Shown in pieces: positions 10,182-19,419 of a stretch of DNA of 51,733 nt (the first letter of the stretch is position 1; each line of letters begins with the position of its first letter). The position numbers were made by a program, and so were the translations under genes. Source of the stretch: an uncultured Roseicyclus sp. (GTDB taxonomy: Bacteria; Pseudomonadota; Alphaproteobacteria; Rhodobacterales; Rhodobacteraceae); contig CAZGHJ010000001.1 of NCBI GenBank assembly GCA_964525355.1, positions 1 through 51,733 of the forward strand, written 5' to 3'. A model generated the notes under the pieces. It had not been told where the DNA came from. It worked only from the letters and a program-made list of their open reading frames with translations, and did not search any database.

Positions 10182-11523
10182 ATTTCGCGGAAAGCCAGCC
10201 GAGGACGAATTCCGCTCCGCCGCCCGGCGCGTTGCGCGCCTCGACGGTGCCGCCCTGCGCGCGCTGGACCCGCTCGACGATGGCGAGGCCGAGGCCGGTG
10301 CCGCCGTGAACGGCCGCGGGCCCCCGCCAGAACGGATCGAAGAGGCGACCCCCGGCCCCTTCGGGCAGGCCGGGCCCATGGTCGCGCACGGTCACGACCG
10401 GACCGGGCCCCAGCCGGATCTCCACGGGGCCCGCGCCGCCGTGGAGGATGGCGTTCTCGACGAGATTCGTCAGCGCGAGTTCCACGCCTTCCGCCGTGGC
10501 CTGCGCCATCACCGGCGCTTCGGGCAGGTCGAGCGCGAGGTCGACGCCCCGCGCATAGGCCAAGGGGGCCAGCGCGGCGGTCACGGTCTCGGCCGGGGCG
10601 CGCAGGTCCAGACCGGCCTCCGCAGCGGGCGCCAGCACCTCCGCGCGGGAAGAGGCGAGGACCTGCTGCACGGTGCGCGACAGGGCGGAAAGGTCGGCGC
10701 GCAGCCGCTCCGTCGTTTCGCCCGGCGGCAGCGCGTCGAGGCGGGCGACCAGCACGGCGACGGGCGTGCGCAGCGCATGGGCGGCCTCGGCCGCATGCCG
10801 TTTTTCGGCCTCCAGCGCCTGCGCCAGGCGTTCGACCGAACGCTCGGTCGCCTCGACCAGATCGGCGATCTCCTCGGGCACGCGTCCCTCGGGCGCCGGC
10901 GTGGGCGCGCCGGGGCGGAGGGCACGGGCCCATTCGGCGGCGGCCGAGATCGGCGCCAGGCCCCGGCGGATCAGGAAGGTGTTCGCGCCGATCAGAAGCA
11001 GCACGAGGGGCAGGATGGGAAGCCAGACATGCTCGTAGAATTCGTCGAGATAGGCGCGCCAGAGCAGGCGGGCCGGGTCGTTCGCCATCACGAAGACCAT
11101 GCGCAGACCGTCCGCGCGCCCCGTGAATTCGTGCCCGGCCACCAGAAGGGGCGCGCCCGGCCGGTCGAGGCGGGTGATCCAGTCATCGGCGTAGAGATCG
11201 GTCGCTCCGGGCGGGATGAGGTGCGGGTTCATGGCGTCGAGGACAACGCCGCCCCGGTCCACGAGCCCGACGGCGTAGGCGTCCGGATGCTCGGCATAGA
11301 GCCTTCGCGCCGGCGCGTCCTCCGGCAGCGTCACGCCGTCCAAGCCTTCTTGCAGGCGTTCGACCTGCGCCGCAACGACCTCGGCTTCGAGTGCGCGGCG
11401 GTCGGAGCCGTAATAAAGCCCGACAGCGATCGAGTTCACCACGAAGACGATGCCGGCGATCAGAAACAGCCGCCGCGCGAGGAAGCGCGCCAGCGGCGGG
11501 CCCGATGGCCGGATGGCGCTCAC
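10177..11523 (-). CDS. Sensor histidine kinase (HAMP-HisKA-HATPase)
   Basis: Two TMs; H-box AAHALRTP, N-box NLVENA, DHGPG, GTGLGLAIV; GTG start overlaps the regulator stop (GTGA). Confidence 0.92.
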   Translation of the reverse strand: MSAIRPSGPPLARFLARRLFLIAGIVFVVNSIAVGLYYGSDRRALEAEVVAAQVERLQEGLDGVTLPEDAPARRLYAEHPDAYAVGLVDRGGVVLDAMNPHLIPPGATDLYADDWITRLDRPGAPLLVAGHEFTGRADGLRMVFVMANDPARLLWRAYLDEFYEHVWLPILPLVLLLIGANTFLIRRGLAPISAAAEWARALRPGAPTPAPEGRVPEEIADLVEATERSVERLAQALEAEKRHAAEAAHALRTPVAVLVARLDALPPGETTERLRADLSALSRTVQQVLASSRAEVLAPAAEAGLDLRAPAETVTAALAPLAYARGVDLALDLPEAPVMAQATAEGVELALTNLVENAILHGGAGPVEIRLGPGPVVTVRDHGPGLPEGAGGRLFDPFWRGPAAVHGGTGLGLAIVERVQRAQGGTVEARNAPGGGAEFVLGWLSAKS

Positions 11524-12197
11524 CGGCTGTCCTCGCGGGGCAGCATCCAGCCCAGGCCGCGCACCGTTACGATGGGCACGGGGCAACCGGCGGCCTCGAG
11601 CGCGCGGCGCAGGCGCGAGACCGAGGCTTCCAGCGCGTTGGGCCCCACCTCGTCGTCGAAGCCGTAGACGGCTTCCTCCAGCGCGCGGCGGGCCGCGACC
11701 CGGCCCGAGGTCCGCATCAGGTGCTCGAGCACGGTGACTTCACGCCGCCCGAGCGCGACGGGAACGCCGTCGAGGGTGACGCTGCGCGCCGAGGTGTCGA
11801 GCGCCAGCGGCCCGAGGCGCAGCGTGGTGGCCGAGCGGTCGCCGGGCCGGCGCAGCACCGCGCGGCAGCGCGCCACCAGTTCCGGCATCTCGACCGGCTT
11901 CACCACGTAGTCGTCGGCGCCGCCATCCAGCCCGGCCAGGCGATCCGCAAGCTGGTCGCGCGCCGTCAGCACGATGACCGGAACGCGCCCTGCGTCGCGC
12001 AGGATCGGCAGCAGGCCCAGCCCGTCGCCATCCGGCAGGCCGAGATCGAGGATCGCGAGCGTATACTCCGCCAGCGCCGCCATCTCGCGCGCCGCGTCGG
12101 CTGTCGCGGCATGATCGACGGTGAAACCCGCCCTGCGCAGCGCGTCGCCCACGGCTTCGGCGAGCGATACATGATCTTCGACAAGCAGGACCCGCAT
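11520..12197 (-). CDS. OmpR-family response regulator
   Basis: MRVLLVED..ILDLGLPDGDG..LTARD..GADDYVVKP..TVRGLGW. Confidence 0.95.
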   Translation of the reverse strand: MRVLLVEDHVSLAEAVGDALRRAGFTVDHAATADAAREMAALAEYTLAILDLGLPDGDGLGLLPILRDAGRVPVIVLTARDQLADRLAGLDGGADDYVVKPVEMPELVARCRAVLRRPGDRSATTLRLGPLALDTSARSVTLDGVPVALGRREVTVLEHLMRTSGRVAARRALEEAVYGFDDEVGPNALEASVSRLRRALEAAGCPVPIVTVRGLGWMLPREDSR

Positions 12198-12551
12198 TTC
12201 GTCTCGTTTCTCCCGGACCCGCACACGTGGCTGCGCCGGGCCTGATGCTTCCGTCTGGATTGCCAATGGCCGAACGCAAGGCGACGGCTGGATCGACGCC
12301 TCGGGATGGCGCGGAATTCTGACCGGAGCCTGACGCAAGACCCCGTCCGGCCGCCCCGACCGGCGACGTCTGGCCCCATTAAACATGCCGGGGGCACAGG
12401 TGCGAGCACGATCGCCGATCGGTTCAGGCAGGAAGGTATTCCCGCGATCTTTCGGGCGGCTCCGGCACGTCATCTTCCGCCCGGGCGGCGCCGTCAGGCC
12501 CGCGCCCATGCGCCGCCCGCACGCAGGGCGGATCGCGCAAGGCCTGTGGCG

Positions 12552-13439
12552 TCAACGGGGTTCGAAATAGTTCAGCGGGATCTTCAGATACGACCGGCCG
12601 TTCTCCTCGGGGGCTGGCGCACGTCCGCCGCGGATGTTGATCTGCAAAGCGGCCAGCATGAGCTTGGGCAGCGGCAGGGTGGCGTCGCGGGCGTCGCGCA
12701 CCTGGCGATAGGCCTCTTCGGAGGGGGCACCCTTCAGATGGATGTTCGCTGCCTTGTGCTCGGCCACGGTCGCCATGCAGGCGGCCTCCCGCCCGTCCGG
12801 CGCGTAATCGTGACCCACGAAAAGCCGCGTGTTCTCCGGCAGGGCCAGGATGGCCTGGATGCTGTCATAGAGCTCCTTCGAACTGCCGCCCGGAAAATCG
12901 GCGCGGCTGGTGCCGCTGTCGGGCATCATGAAGGTGTCGTGCACGAAGGCTGCGGGTTTTTCTGCGTCGGGGCCCGCGACATAGGTGATCGAGGCCAGCG
13001 TGTGACCGGGCGAGAACATCACGCGCACGGGCACCTCTCCGACCATGAACTCGTCGCCTTCGGCGAAGAGCCTGTCCCACTGGCTGCCGTCGGTCGGAAA
13101 GTCTTCGGGCAGGTTGTAGATCTCCTTCCAGAGTTTCTGCACCTTCACGACATGTTCGCCGATGGCGGTGGGCGCGCCCAGACGCTCCTTCAGCCATGGC
13201 GCGGCCGAGAAGTGGTCGGCATGGGGGTGCGTGTCGAGGATCCAGACCACGTCGATGCCGGTCTCCCGGACATGGGCCAGGATCTCTTCGGCGCTGTGGG
13301 TCATGGTGGACCCGGAGAGCGGATCGAAGTTCAGGACGGGGTCCACGATGGCGCCCTTCATGGTCGCGGGGTCGTGGAAGACGTATTGCCAGCTTCCGGT
13401 CGGTTCGTCCCAGAAGCCTTTCACGATGGGGTTGGTCAT
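12552..13439 (-). CDS. MBL-fold metallo-hydrolase, persulfide (sulfur) dioxygenase/Blh-like
   Basis: ILDTHPHADH, PGHT, SRADFPGG, FVGHDY, C-terminal YLKIPLN. Confidence 0.85.
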   Translation of the reverse strand: MTNPIVKGFWDEPTGSWQYVFHDPATMKGAIVDPVLNFDPLSGSTMTHSAEEILAHVRETGIDVVWILDTHPHADHFSAAPWLKERLGAPTAIGEHVVKVQKLWKEIYNLPEDFPTDGSQWDRLFAEGDEFMVGEVPVRVMFSPGHTLASITYVAGPDAEKPAAFVHDTFMMPDSGTSRADFPGGSSKELYDSIQAILALPENTRLFVGHDYAPDGREAACMATVAEHKAANIHLKGAPSEEAYRQVRDARDATLPLPKLMLAALQINIRGGRAPAPEENGRSYLKIPLNYFEPR

Positions 13440-13501
13440 CTCGGGATTCCTTTTCGTTTCTGTGCGGGCCGGCATCTGCGCCGGCCCGCCTCGGTTGCGA
13501 A

Positions 13502-13531
13502 GGGTCTTGGGGGGCAGGGGTCTTGGGGGGC
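13502..13531. repeat. Short G-rich direct repeat (2 x GGGTCTTGGGGGGC)
   Basis: Identical 14-mers at 13502-13515 and 13518-13531. Confidence 0.7.
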
Positions 13532-13532
13532 C

Positions 13533-14201
13533 TCAGAGCTTGCGGGTCGAGAAGTACCAGTCCTTGGTCTCGTAGCCTTCGGACAGCCGCGCCTCGGCCG
13601 CCTTTGCCGTCTGCGGCGTCGGCACGATGACATCCTGGCCCGGCGACCAGTTCTCGGGCGTCGCGACCTTGTGCGTGTCCGAGGTCTGCAGTGCCTGCAC
13701 GAGGCGATAGAACTCGTCCACGGACCGGCCGTTGGTCATCGGGTAGTAGACCATCGCCCGCAGCACGCCCTCGGGGTCGATGATGAAGGTCGCGCGCACC
13801 GCCTGCGTGTCCGACGCGCCGGGCTGGATCATGCCGTAGGCCTGCGCCACCTTCATGTCGAGATCGGCGATGATCGGGAAGGGGATGTCGACGCCGAAGC
13901 TCTCCTTGATCGAGCGGATCCAGGCGATATGCGCGTAGTGGCTGTCGATGGACAGACCCAGCAACTCGGTGTTCAGCGCGGCGAAATCCTCGGCGCGACG
14001 GGCGAAGGCGGTGAATTCCGTGGTGCAGACCGGCGTGAAATCGGCCGGGTGCGAGAACAGGATCAGCCACTTGCCGCGATAATCGGCCAGCGTCTTGCGC
14101 CCGTCGGTGGTCAGGGCGTCGAAGTCGGGCGCGGCCTCGTTGATCCGGGGCAGTCCGGCGACCGGGGTGGCGTCATTGGCGTTCTGTGCGTGGGCGTTCA
14201 T
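13533..14201 (-). CDS. Peroxiredoxin (Prx6/1-Cys type)
   Basis: FSHPADFTPVCTTEF, VRATFIIDP, YYPMTNGR, ATPENW; GGAG RBS. Confidence 0.92.
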   Translation of the reverse strand: MNAHAQNANDATPVAGLPRINEAAPDFDALTTDGRKTLADYRGKWLILFSHPADFTPVCTTEFTAFARRAEDFAALNTELLGLSIDSHYAHIAWIRSIKESFGVDIPFPIIADLDMKVAQAYGMIQPGASDTQAVRATFIIDPEGVLRAMVYYPMTNGRSVDEFYRLVQALQTSDTHKVATPENWSPGQDVIVPTPQTAKAAEARLSEGYETKDWYFSTRKL

Positions 14202-14286
14202 GGCAGGTCTCCTTGATCCATGTTGGTGACGAGACAGACCTAGGCGCACTGGCGTTATTGTGGAAATTGAATATATCTGGCATGAC

Positions 14287-14303
14287 TATCGACAAAGCCG
14301 ATA
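14287..14303. promoter_or_regulatory. LysR/OxyR-type binding site
   Basis: TATCG-N7-CGATA inverted repeat (T-N11-A core) in the AT-rich divergent promoter between prx and the LysR gene. Confidence 0.55.
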
Positions 14304-14315
14304 ACGAGGCCTGCC

Positions 14316-15233
14316 ATGACGACCCTCCGCCAGCTGCGCTTTCTCGTGGCGCTGTCCGACACGCAGAACTTCTCGCGCGCGGCGGAGCTGTGTCACGTCA
14401 CCCAATCCACCCTGTCCTCGGGGCTGAAGGACCTGGAGGCGCGGCTGGGCGTCAAGGTCGCCGAGCGCAGTACCCATTCCGTCCTGATGACGCCGGAGGG
14501 TGCGGATCTTGCCGACCGTGCGCGGGACATTCTCGCACGGGTGAAGGATTTCGAGGATGTCGCGAAGACGGCCGCGCAGGCGGGCGTGACGCGGTTGCGG
14601 CTCGGTGCGATCCCGACGGTGGGGCCCTACCTTCTGCCCCGCGCGCTGCCCCGCATCCGCGAGAAGATGCCGGGCGTCCAGTTCTACCTGCGCGAAGAGC
14701 TGACGGACACGCTCGTTGCCGGGCTGGTCGAGGGGCGGCTCGACCTCATCCTGATCGCCCTGCCGCACGACCTGCCCCCGCAGGTCGAGACCGAGGTGTT
14801 GTTCGAGGATGGCTACAGCCTCGCGACCCCGCGCGGACATCCGCTGGCGAACCTCGAGACGGTCGAGGGCGAGGATCTGGCGGGGCGCGAATTGCTGTTG
14901 CTGGAGCCCGGCCACTGCCTGCAGCAACACGCCCTGTCCAGTGTGCCCGGCATGGCCCTCGACGCAGACAGGAACTTTTCTGCCACCAGCCTGCCGACGC
15001 TCGTGTCGATGGTCGAGGAAGGCATCGGTGTGACACTTCTGCCGAACGTCGCCACGGATGCCGGGCTCACGCGGGGGCATGAATTGCACTTGTCCAGGCT
15101 CGCCGGGGCGACACCGCGCCGGGTCGTCCTCGCCTGGCGCCAGAGCACCGCACAGGCAGAGATGTTTCGGCAGATCGCCGGCATCTTCCGCGACACACGT
15201 GCCGGCATGCAGGCCGAGACGGCTGCGCAGTGA
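14316..15233 (+). CDS. LysR family regulator, OxyR-like
   Basis: TLRQLRFLVAL..NFSRAAELCHVTQSTLS HTH; LGAIPTVGPYLLP; LLLEPGHCL; ATSLPTLVSMV. Confidence 0.88.
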   Translation: MTTLRQLRFLVALSDTQNFSRAAELCHVTQSTLSSGLKDLEARLGVKVAERSTHSVLMTPEGADLADRARDILARVKDFEDVAKTAAQAGVTRLRLGAIPTVGPYLLPRALPRIREKMPGVQFYLREELTDTLVAGLVEGRLDLILIALPHDLPPQVETEVLFEDGYSLATPRGHPLANLETVEGEDLAGRELLLLEPGHCLQQHALSSVPGMALDADRNFSATSLPTLVSMVEEGIGVTLLPNVATDAGLTRGHELHLSRLAGATPRRVVLAWRQSTAQAEMFRQIAGIFRDTRAGMQAETAAQ

Positions 15234-15416
15234 GGCAGCGGCGGGGCCACGTGAAACGAGTGCGGTCCATCCGCAGATGCGCCGCGCTCACCATCCATGG
15301 ACCGGACCGGTGGACACGCGCCCCGGCGGGGCGCCGGTACTGGTGCGGACCCCGAGGAACGGCTGCTCTGCGGTGATCGGAAGGTCGCCCCGCAGCCGTC
15401 ACGACCGGTGCAGACC

Positions 15417-16667
15417 TCAGGGATCGCTGCCATCCGTCGCGGCCCGCGCCGTCACGAGCGGCCCGGACGCGCCGCGCAGGACCAGCGCGCCGGTGTCGTC
15501 CATGTCGAAGCCTATGACCTCGCCGAGGGCGTCGAAGAAGCGGCTCTCCTGCGCCTTCAGGGCCTCGGGGCAGGCCATCCTCGTGCTGGCGAGGGCGCCA
15601 AAGCTCAACGTCTCCCCGGTCAGCGTCGCCGCGCCGCTGTAGCGGTTGCAGGTGCCGGAGCCGAAGACGCGCCCGGCGGCGTCGAAGCCCATCGTGGCGC
15701 GCGCCGCATCGATGACGCCGGCACCGCCGATATCCTCGACCACCCATGTCCTGTCCGTCAGGAGGGACCAGGGATCGCCGCCGCAGCCCCGGATCGTGGT
15801 GTCGCCCATCGACAGCTCGACGGTTTCGGGGTGCGGCATGCCCGTCATGCTGTCCCGGCAGAGTTCGGGTTTGCGCAGGATCACCGCGCGCAGTGCGCGC
15901 TCGGGATCGGCGGCGATCATCAGGATCTCGCCCGCGTCGGTCAGGCCGGTCTCCGTCACCGGCAAGATCAGATCGTCCATGCCCGGACGCAGGAGCGTCA
16001 TTTCGCCCGCCTCGATCGTCGCGGACCAGAACGGCTCGTTGCCGCGGGCGCGATAGGGCGTCTCGTCGACGGGAAACGTCATTTGGCATTCCGGCAACTC
16101 CTCGCCGCCGACCGAGACCAGCGCGGTGTCCCCCTGGTTCCAGAACCAGGTGCCGGGATCCTCCTCGGCCTCGTAGCGCGCACCCGACGCCGCGCGCGAC
16201 GGTGCGAGGATCACGCGCCCGGCTCCGGTATCCATAACGGCGTTGTCGCCCGAAAACCCCACCCGGATCATCCGGTCGCCGCAGCGGAAGGCCGAGGTGA
16301 AGCCCATGGGCTGATACGGATGCAGGAGCACCGCGCCGACATCGCCCGACATCTCGGCGCCGATCTCGACCGGCGCGCTCAGCCAGTCGATCCGGCCCGC
16401 CGTCGACACACCCGCCCGCAACGAGACATCGGCATCGAGGGGCACCTCGATCTCGAAGGGGATCGGCACCTGTCGGCCCTCCGTCGGGACGCGAAGCTCG
16501 GCCAGCACGGACCGGTCGACCGCCAGGGCCTCGACCATCAGGACCGCGTCGGGCGGAAGGGCGATGCGTTCGCGATACGTGACCTCGCCGCCGAGGGTCC
16601 GCGTGTCCTGGGCGGTCGCGGCGCTTGCGAGGACAAGGGCGGTTGCGATGGCGGCGAAACGGATCAT
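15417..16667 (-). CDS. Exported multi-domain protein: YbaY-like + MliC-like + COG3650-like + META/HslJ
   Basis: Signal peptide; YRERIALPPDA; AASGARY..FWNQG; ARGNEPFW..CRDSMTG; GSGTCNRY..STRMAC. Confidence 0.8.
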   Translation of the reverse strand: MIRFAAIATALVLASAATAQDTRTLGGEVTYRERIALPPDAVLMVEALAVDRSVLAELRVPTEGRQVPIPFEIEVPLDADVSLRAGVSTAGRIDWLSAPVEIGAEMSGDVGAVLLHPYQPMGFTSAFRCGDRMIRVGFSGDNAVMDTGAGRVILAPSRAASGARYEAEEDPGTWFWNQGDTALVSVGGEELPECQMTFPVDETPYRARGNEPFWSATIEAGEMTLLRPGMDDLILPVTETGLTDAGEILMIAADPERALRAVILRKPELCRDSMTGMPHPETVELSMGDTTIRGCGGDPWSLLTDRTWVVEDIGGAGVIDAARATMGFDAAGRVFGSGTCNRYSGAATLTGETLSFGALASTRMACPEALKAQESRFFDALGEVIGFDMDDTGALVLRGASGPLVTARAATDGSDP

Positions 16668-16877
16668 GGTGACGTCCTGCGGCAGGCGACGGATGGGACG
16701 GGTCCGGGGGCGCGGCCGTATGTGGTGATGCCGATCGCTCCGCGACCCGAGGCACCGATGATGCGGCGCCCCGAGGCCCCTGTCAAACGGCAGTTTATCG
16801 CGCGCGGGGGCCTGCGGCAGCGACGCGTGACAGGCGGTGTCCCGATCCGGGTGAGACCGGCGCATCGCCGGCAGGGC

Positions 16878-17351
16878 TCAGCCTCGCAGCCTGCGGATCG
16901 ACACATGCGTCGCCGCCAGAAACGCCAGCCAGAGCGCGCCGACGACGGGCCATTCGGCAACCGCGAAGGGCAGCACCAGCCCGCCCGCGAGGATGGCGAT
17001 CACGTCTCCCGCATCGGCGCCGCCCGAGAAAAGCCCCGGCTGCAGGCCGAAGAAACTCCCCAGTAGTCCGGCCACGGTCGCTGTGACGATGCCTCCGGCG
17101 AGGGAAAGCGCCCAGCCCGCAAGCCCGGCACGGCCGAACGCTCCGGCCAGAAGCGCCCCGATCAGCGCCCCGGCGATCCCCATCGACAGCGCGTAGCGCA
17201 GCACCAGTCGCCAGGGCACGTCGGACCACGCGGTATCGAGCATCGCGCTCAGGTCCTCGAAGACGAAAACCATGAAGAGCAGGGCAGACGATACCGCCAT
17301 GAGCGCGGAGGCCAGCAGACGGGGCCTCGAAAAGACCCGTCGCGCCGTCAT
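16878..17351 (-). CDS. Hypothetical integral membrane protein (4-5 TM)
   Basis: Long hydrophobic segments; start may be 17360. Confidence 0.65.
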   Translation of the reverse strand: MTARRVFSRPRLLASALMAVSSALLFMVFVFEDLSAMLDTAWSDVPWRLVLRYALSMGIAGALIGALLAGAFGRAGLAGWALSLAGGIVTATVAGLLGSFFGLQPGLFSGGADAGDVIAILAGGLVLPFAVAEWPVVGALWLAFLAATHVSIRRLRG

Positions 17352-17859
17352 GCCGCCCATTTTGTCCCCGCCGCCGCCGTCTCCATGTGCCGCCGTACCG
17401 GGCCAAGCCTTGCGATGTCGCCCGTCCCCGCCTTCGGCCGGCGCAGCATCGTCGCGACCGTCAGCCATCGCATCGCGCCGGCCCCGTCGTCGATTTGTCG
17501 CTGACGCCCGCGACCGCGTGGCGTGTCGCGGTCCGGACCGGCAGGGGGGTGGCGAAACGCGATCTGGGCGGTGAAGGTAGCGTCGCCATGTCGGTCGGGC
17601 AGGCCCTGTTGTCGTGTGTCATCGAACCGCTGATACCCCGAGATGCGACTTTCCACCGAAGCGGAGTATCATCCACCTGCACCGTCGCGATCAACATGCA
17701 TTCGCGCAGGCTCCATGCAGCATGAATATCGTGCAAGCCCGACGCGCGACTGTCGTCCCGTGCATGCGCATCGTGCCAGCCAACAGCCGAAAAACGGCTT
17801 TGATAACTCCCGGAGGGGCTGCTTTAGTGCTGCACCGAAAGGTCCAACCAGGAGCGGCC

Positions 17860-18123
17860 ATGCATCACGCTCGCCATCCGCGTCCGCGCTTTGCGCCTCA
17901 TCCCACGCCGCTCCGGGCGATCCGCGTGTTCGCCGGACCCGGGACGATCTTTCCCGATCCGGTCCATTCGGGCAACGGCGCCGCGGGCCTGATCGACCAT
18001 GGCCGAAGCGGCCGGTTCACGCCAGGGGAGCGGGTCGTGGTTCCGTATATGACAGCCCTTGCGGCGTCGTTCGGCCAGGACGCGCCGCGGATCCCCGGCC
18101 TCGGCACGACGGCGGCGGATTAG
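17860..18123 (+). pseudogene. cuyA: D-cysteine desulfhydrase/L-cysteate sulfo-lyase remnant: N- and C-termini joined by a large in-frame deletion
   Basis: AGGAG RBS; MHHARHPRPRFAPHPTPL (family N-terminus) joined to AIRVF..DPVHSGNGAAGLID..GERVV (family C-terminal DPVYS-K-AAGLID block); racemase follows. Confidence 0.65.
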
Positions 18124-18127
18124 GCCC

Positions 18128-18928
18128 GTGCCGCGGGTAGTCGGCATATTGGGCGGCATGGGCCCCGAGGCGACGGTTCTTCTGATGCAGAAGGTGATCG
18201 ACGCCACGCCGGCCGTGGACGATGCCGATCACGTGCCGCTGATCGTCGATCAGAACCCGCAGGTGCCCTCGCGCATCGCGCGGCTGATCGAGGGGACCGG
18301 CGCGGATCCGGCGCCCGTGCTGGTCGCGATGGCCCGCCGCTTGCAGGCGGCCGGGGCGGAGGCGCTGGCCATGCCCTGCAACACCGCCCATCATTACGGT
18401 GCCGAGATCGCCGCCGCGGTCGAGATCCCGTTTCTGGACATGGTCGCCTTGAGCGCGGCCGAGGCGGCGGGCCTGTGCGGCGCCCCTGGGCGCGTCGGCA
18501 TCCTGTGTTCTCCGGCGGTGCGGCGCGTGGCGCTGTTCGAAACGGCGCTGGCCGCCCATGGCGTGCAGCCGGTCTATCCGCAGGACGAAGCCGCCCTGCT
18601 GGGCGCGATCCGGCAGATCAAGGCGGAGGGGCCGATCGCGCCCGCCCGCGCCACGCTTGCGGCGGCCTCGGCCGATCTGCTCGCGGCCCGGGCCGAGGTC
18701 CAGATCGTGGCCTGTACCGAGTTTTCGCTTGTCGCGTCGAGCCTGCCGGCCGGCGTGCAATCGGTCGACGCGCTTGACCGGTTGACCCGTGAAATCGTGT
18801 CGTTCTCCACGTCGCCCGATACGGTCCGCGACCTCGACGCCTCAAATCCGGGGGCGGCGCAACAGGGGTCCGCGACCAGCCCGGAGCGGAGCGAAAGCCA
18901 ACCGGAAAAGGGCGCGAACGCACGCTGA
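18128..18928 (+). CDS. Aspartate/glutamate racemase family protein (possible cysteate racemase)
   Basis: VGILGGMGPEAT, MPCNTAH, ACTEF (both catalytic Cys present). Confidence 0.9.
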   Translation: MPRVVGILGGMGPEATVLLMQKVIDATPAVDDADHVPLIVDQNPQVPSRIARLIEGTGADPAPVLVAMARRLQAAGAEALAMPCNTAHHYGAEIAAAVEIPFLDMVALSAAEAAGLCGAPGRVGILCSPAVRRVALFETALAAHGVQPVYPQDEAALLGAIRQIKAEGPIAPARATLAAASADLLAARAEVQIVACTEFSLVASSLPAGVQSVDALDRLTREIVSFSTSPDTVRDLDASNPGAAQQGSATSPERSESQPEKGANAR

Positions 18929-19419
18929 CGGCCAGGCCTCCGCGCCATGCGCGCGGGACGCGGCACCGGGGCTGCCGACCCGGGTGCCGGGCGTGGCGGG
19001 CGCGCATGTCCCCGCGCAGATCAGCACGGCGAATGTCGGCCCGGATGTCGAGTTTCGGCGCGGGCACCACGCCGATGATCCTCGCCCCCGATGGCGATGG
19101 CAGGCCGCCGGGCCGGATCGGCGCCGCGCTGGGCCGCATGTCATCGTCCGGCTGACGATCCAACGATGGTTCGGACCTTCCGGGGCCGGAACCGTGTGGC
19201 AGGGCGCGACGCTGCATCCGCGCGCCGCCGCCGCCGGTCGGTTCTGGATCACGGCCATCTAGGCGTAGTAGCAGTACCGCCCGGTGCCCCTGTTCGCTGT
19301 GACGCGGGCGGGTTTCCGGTGCGCCGGCCCGAGGGGAAGATGTGCGGCACGGGTGGCAGGGCGCGCGCGCGCATTATGTGCAGCCCCACGAAGACGGGAC
19401 GCGAGACAAGGATTTGACC

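Noticed and set aside
18930-19400. Possible remnant of a transporter gene after the racemase
   Set aside because: Only a vague signal-peptide-like fragment; not supportable without alignment.
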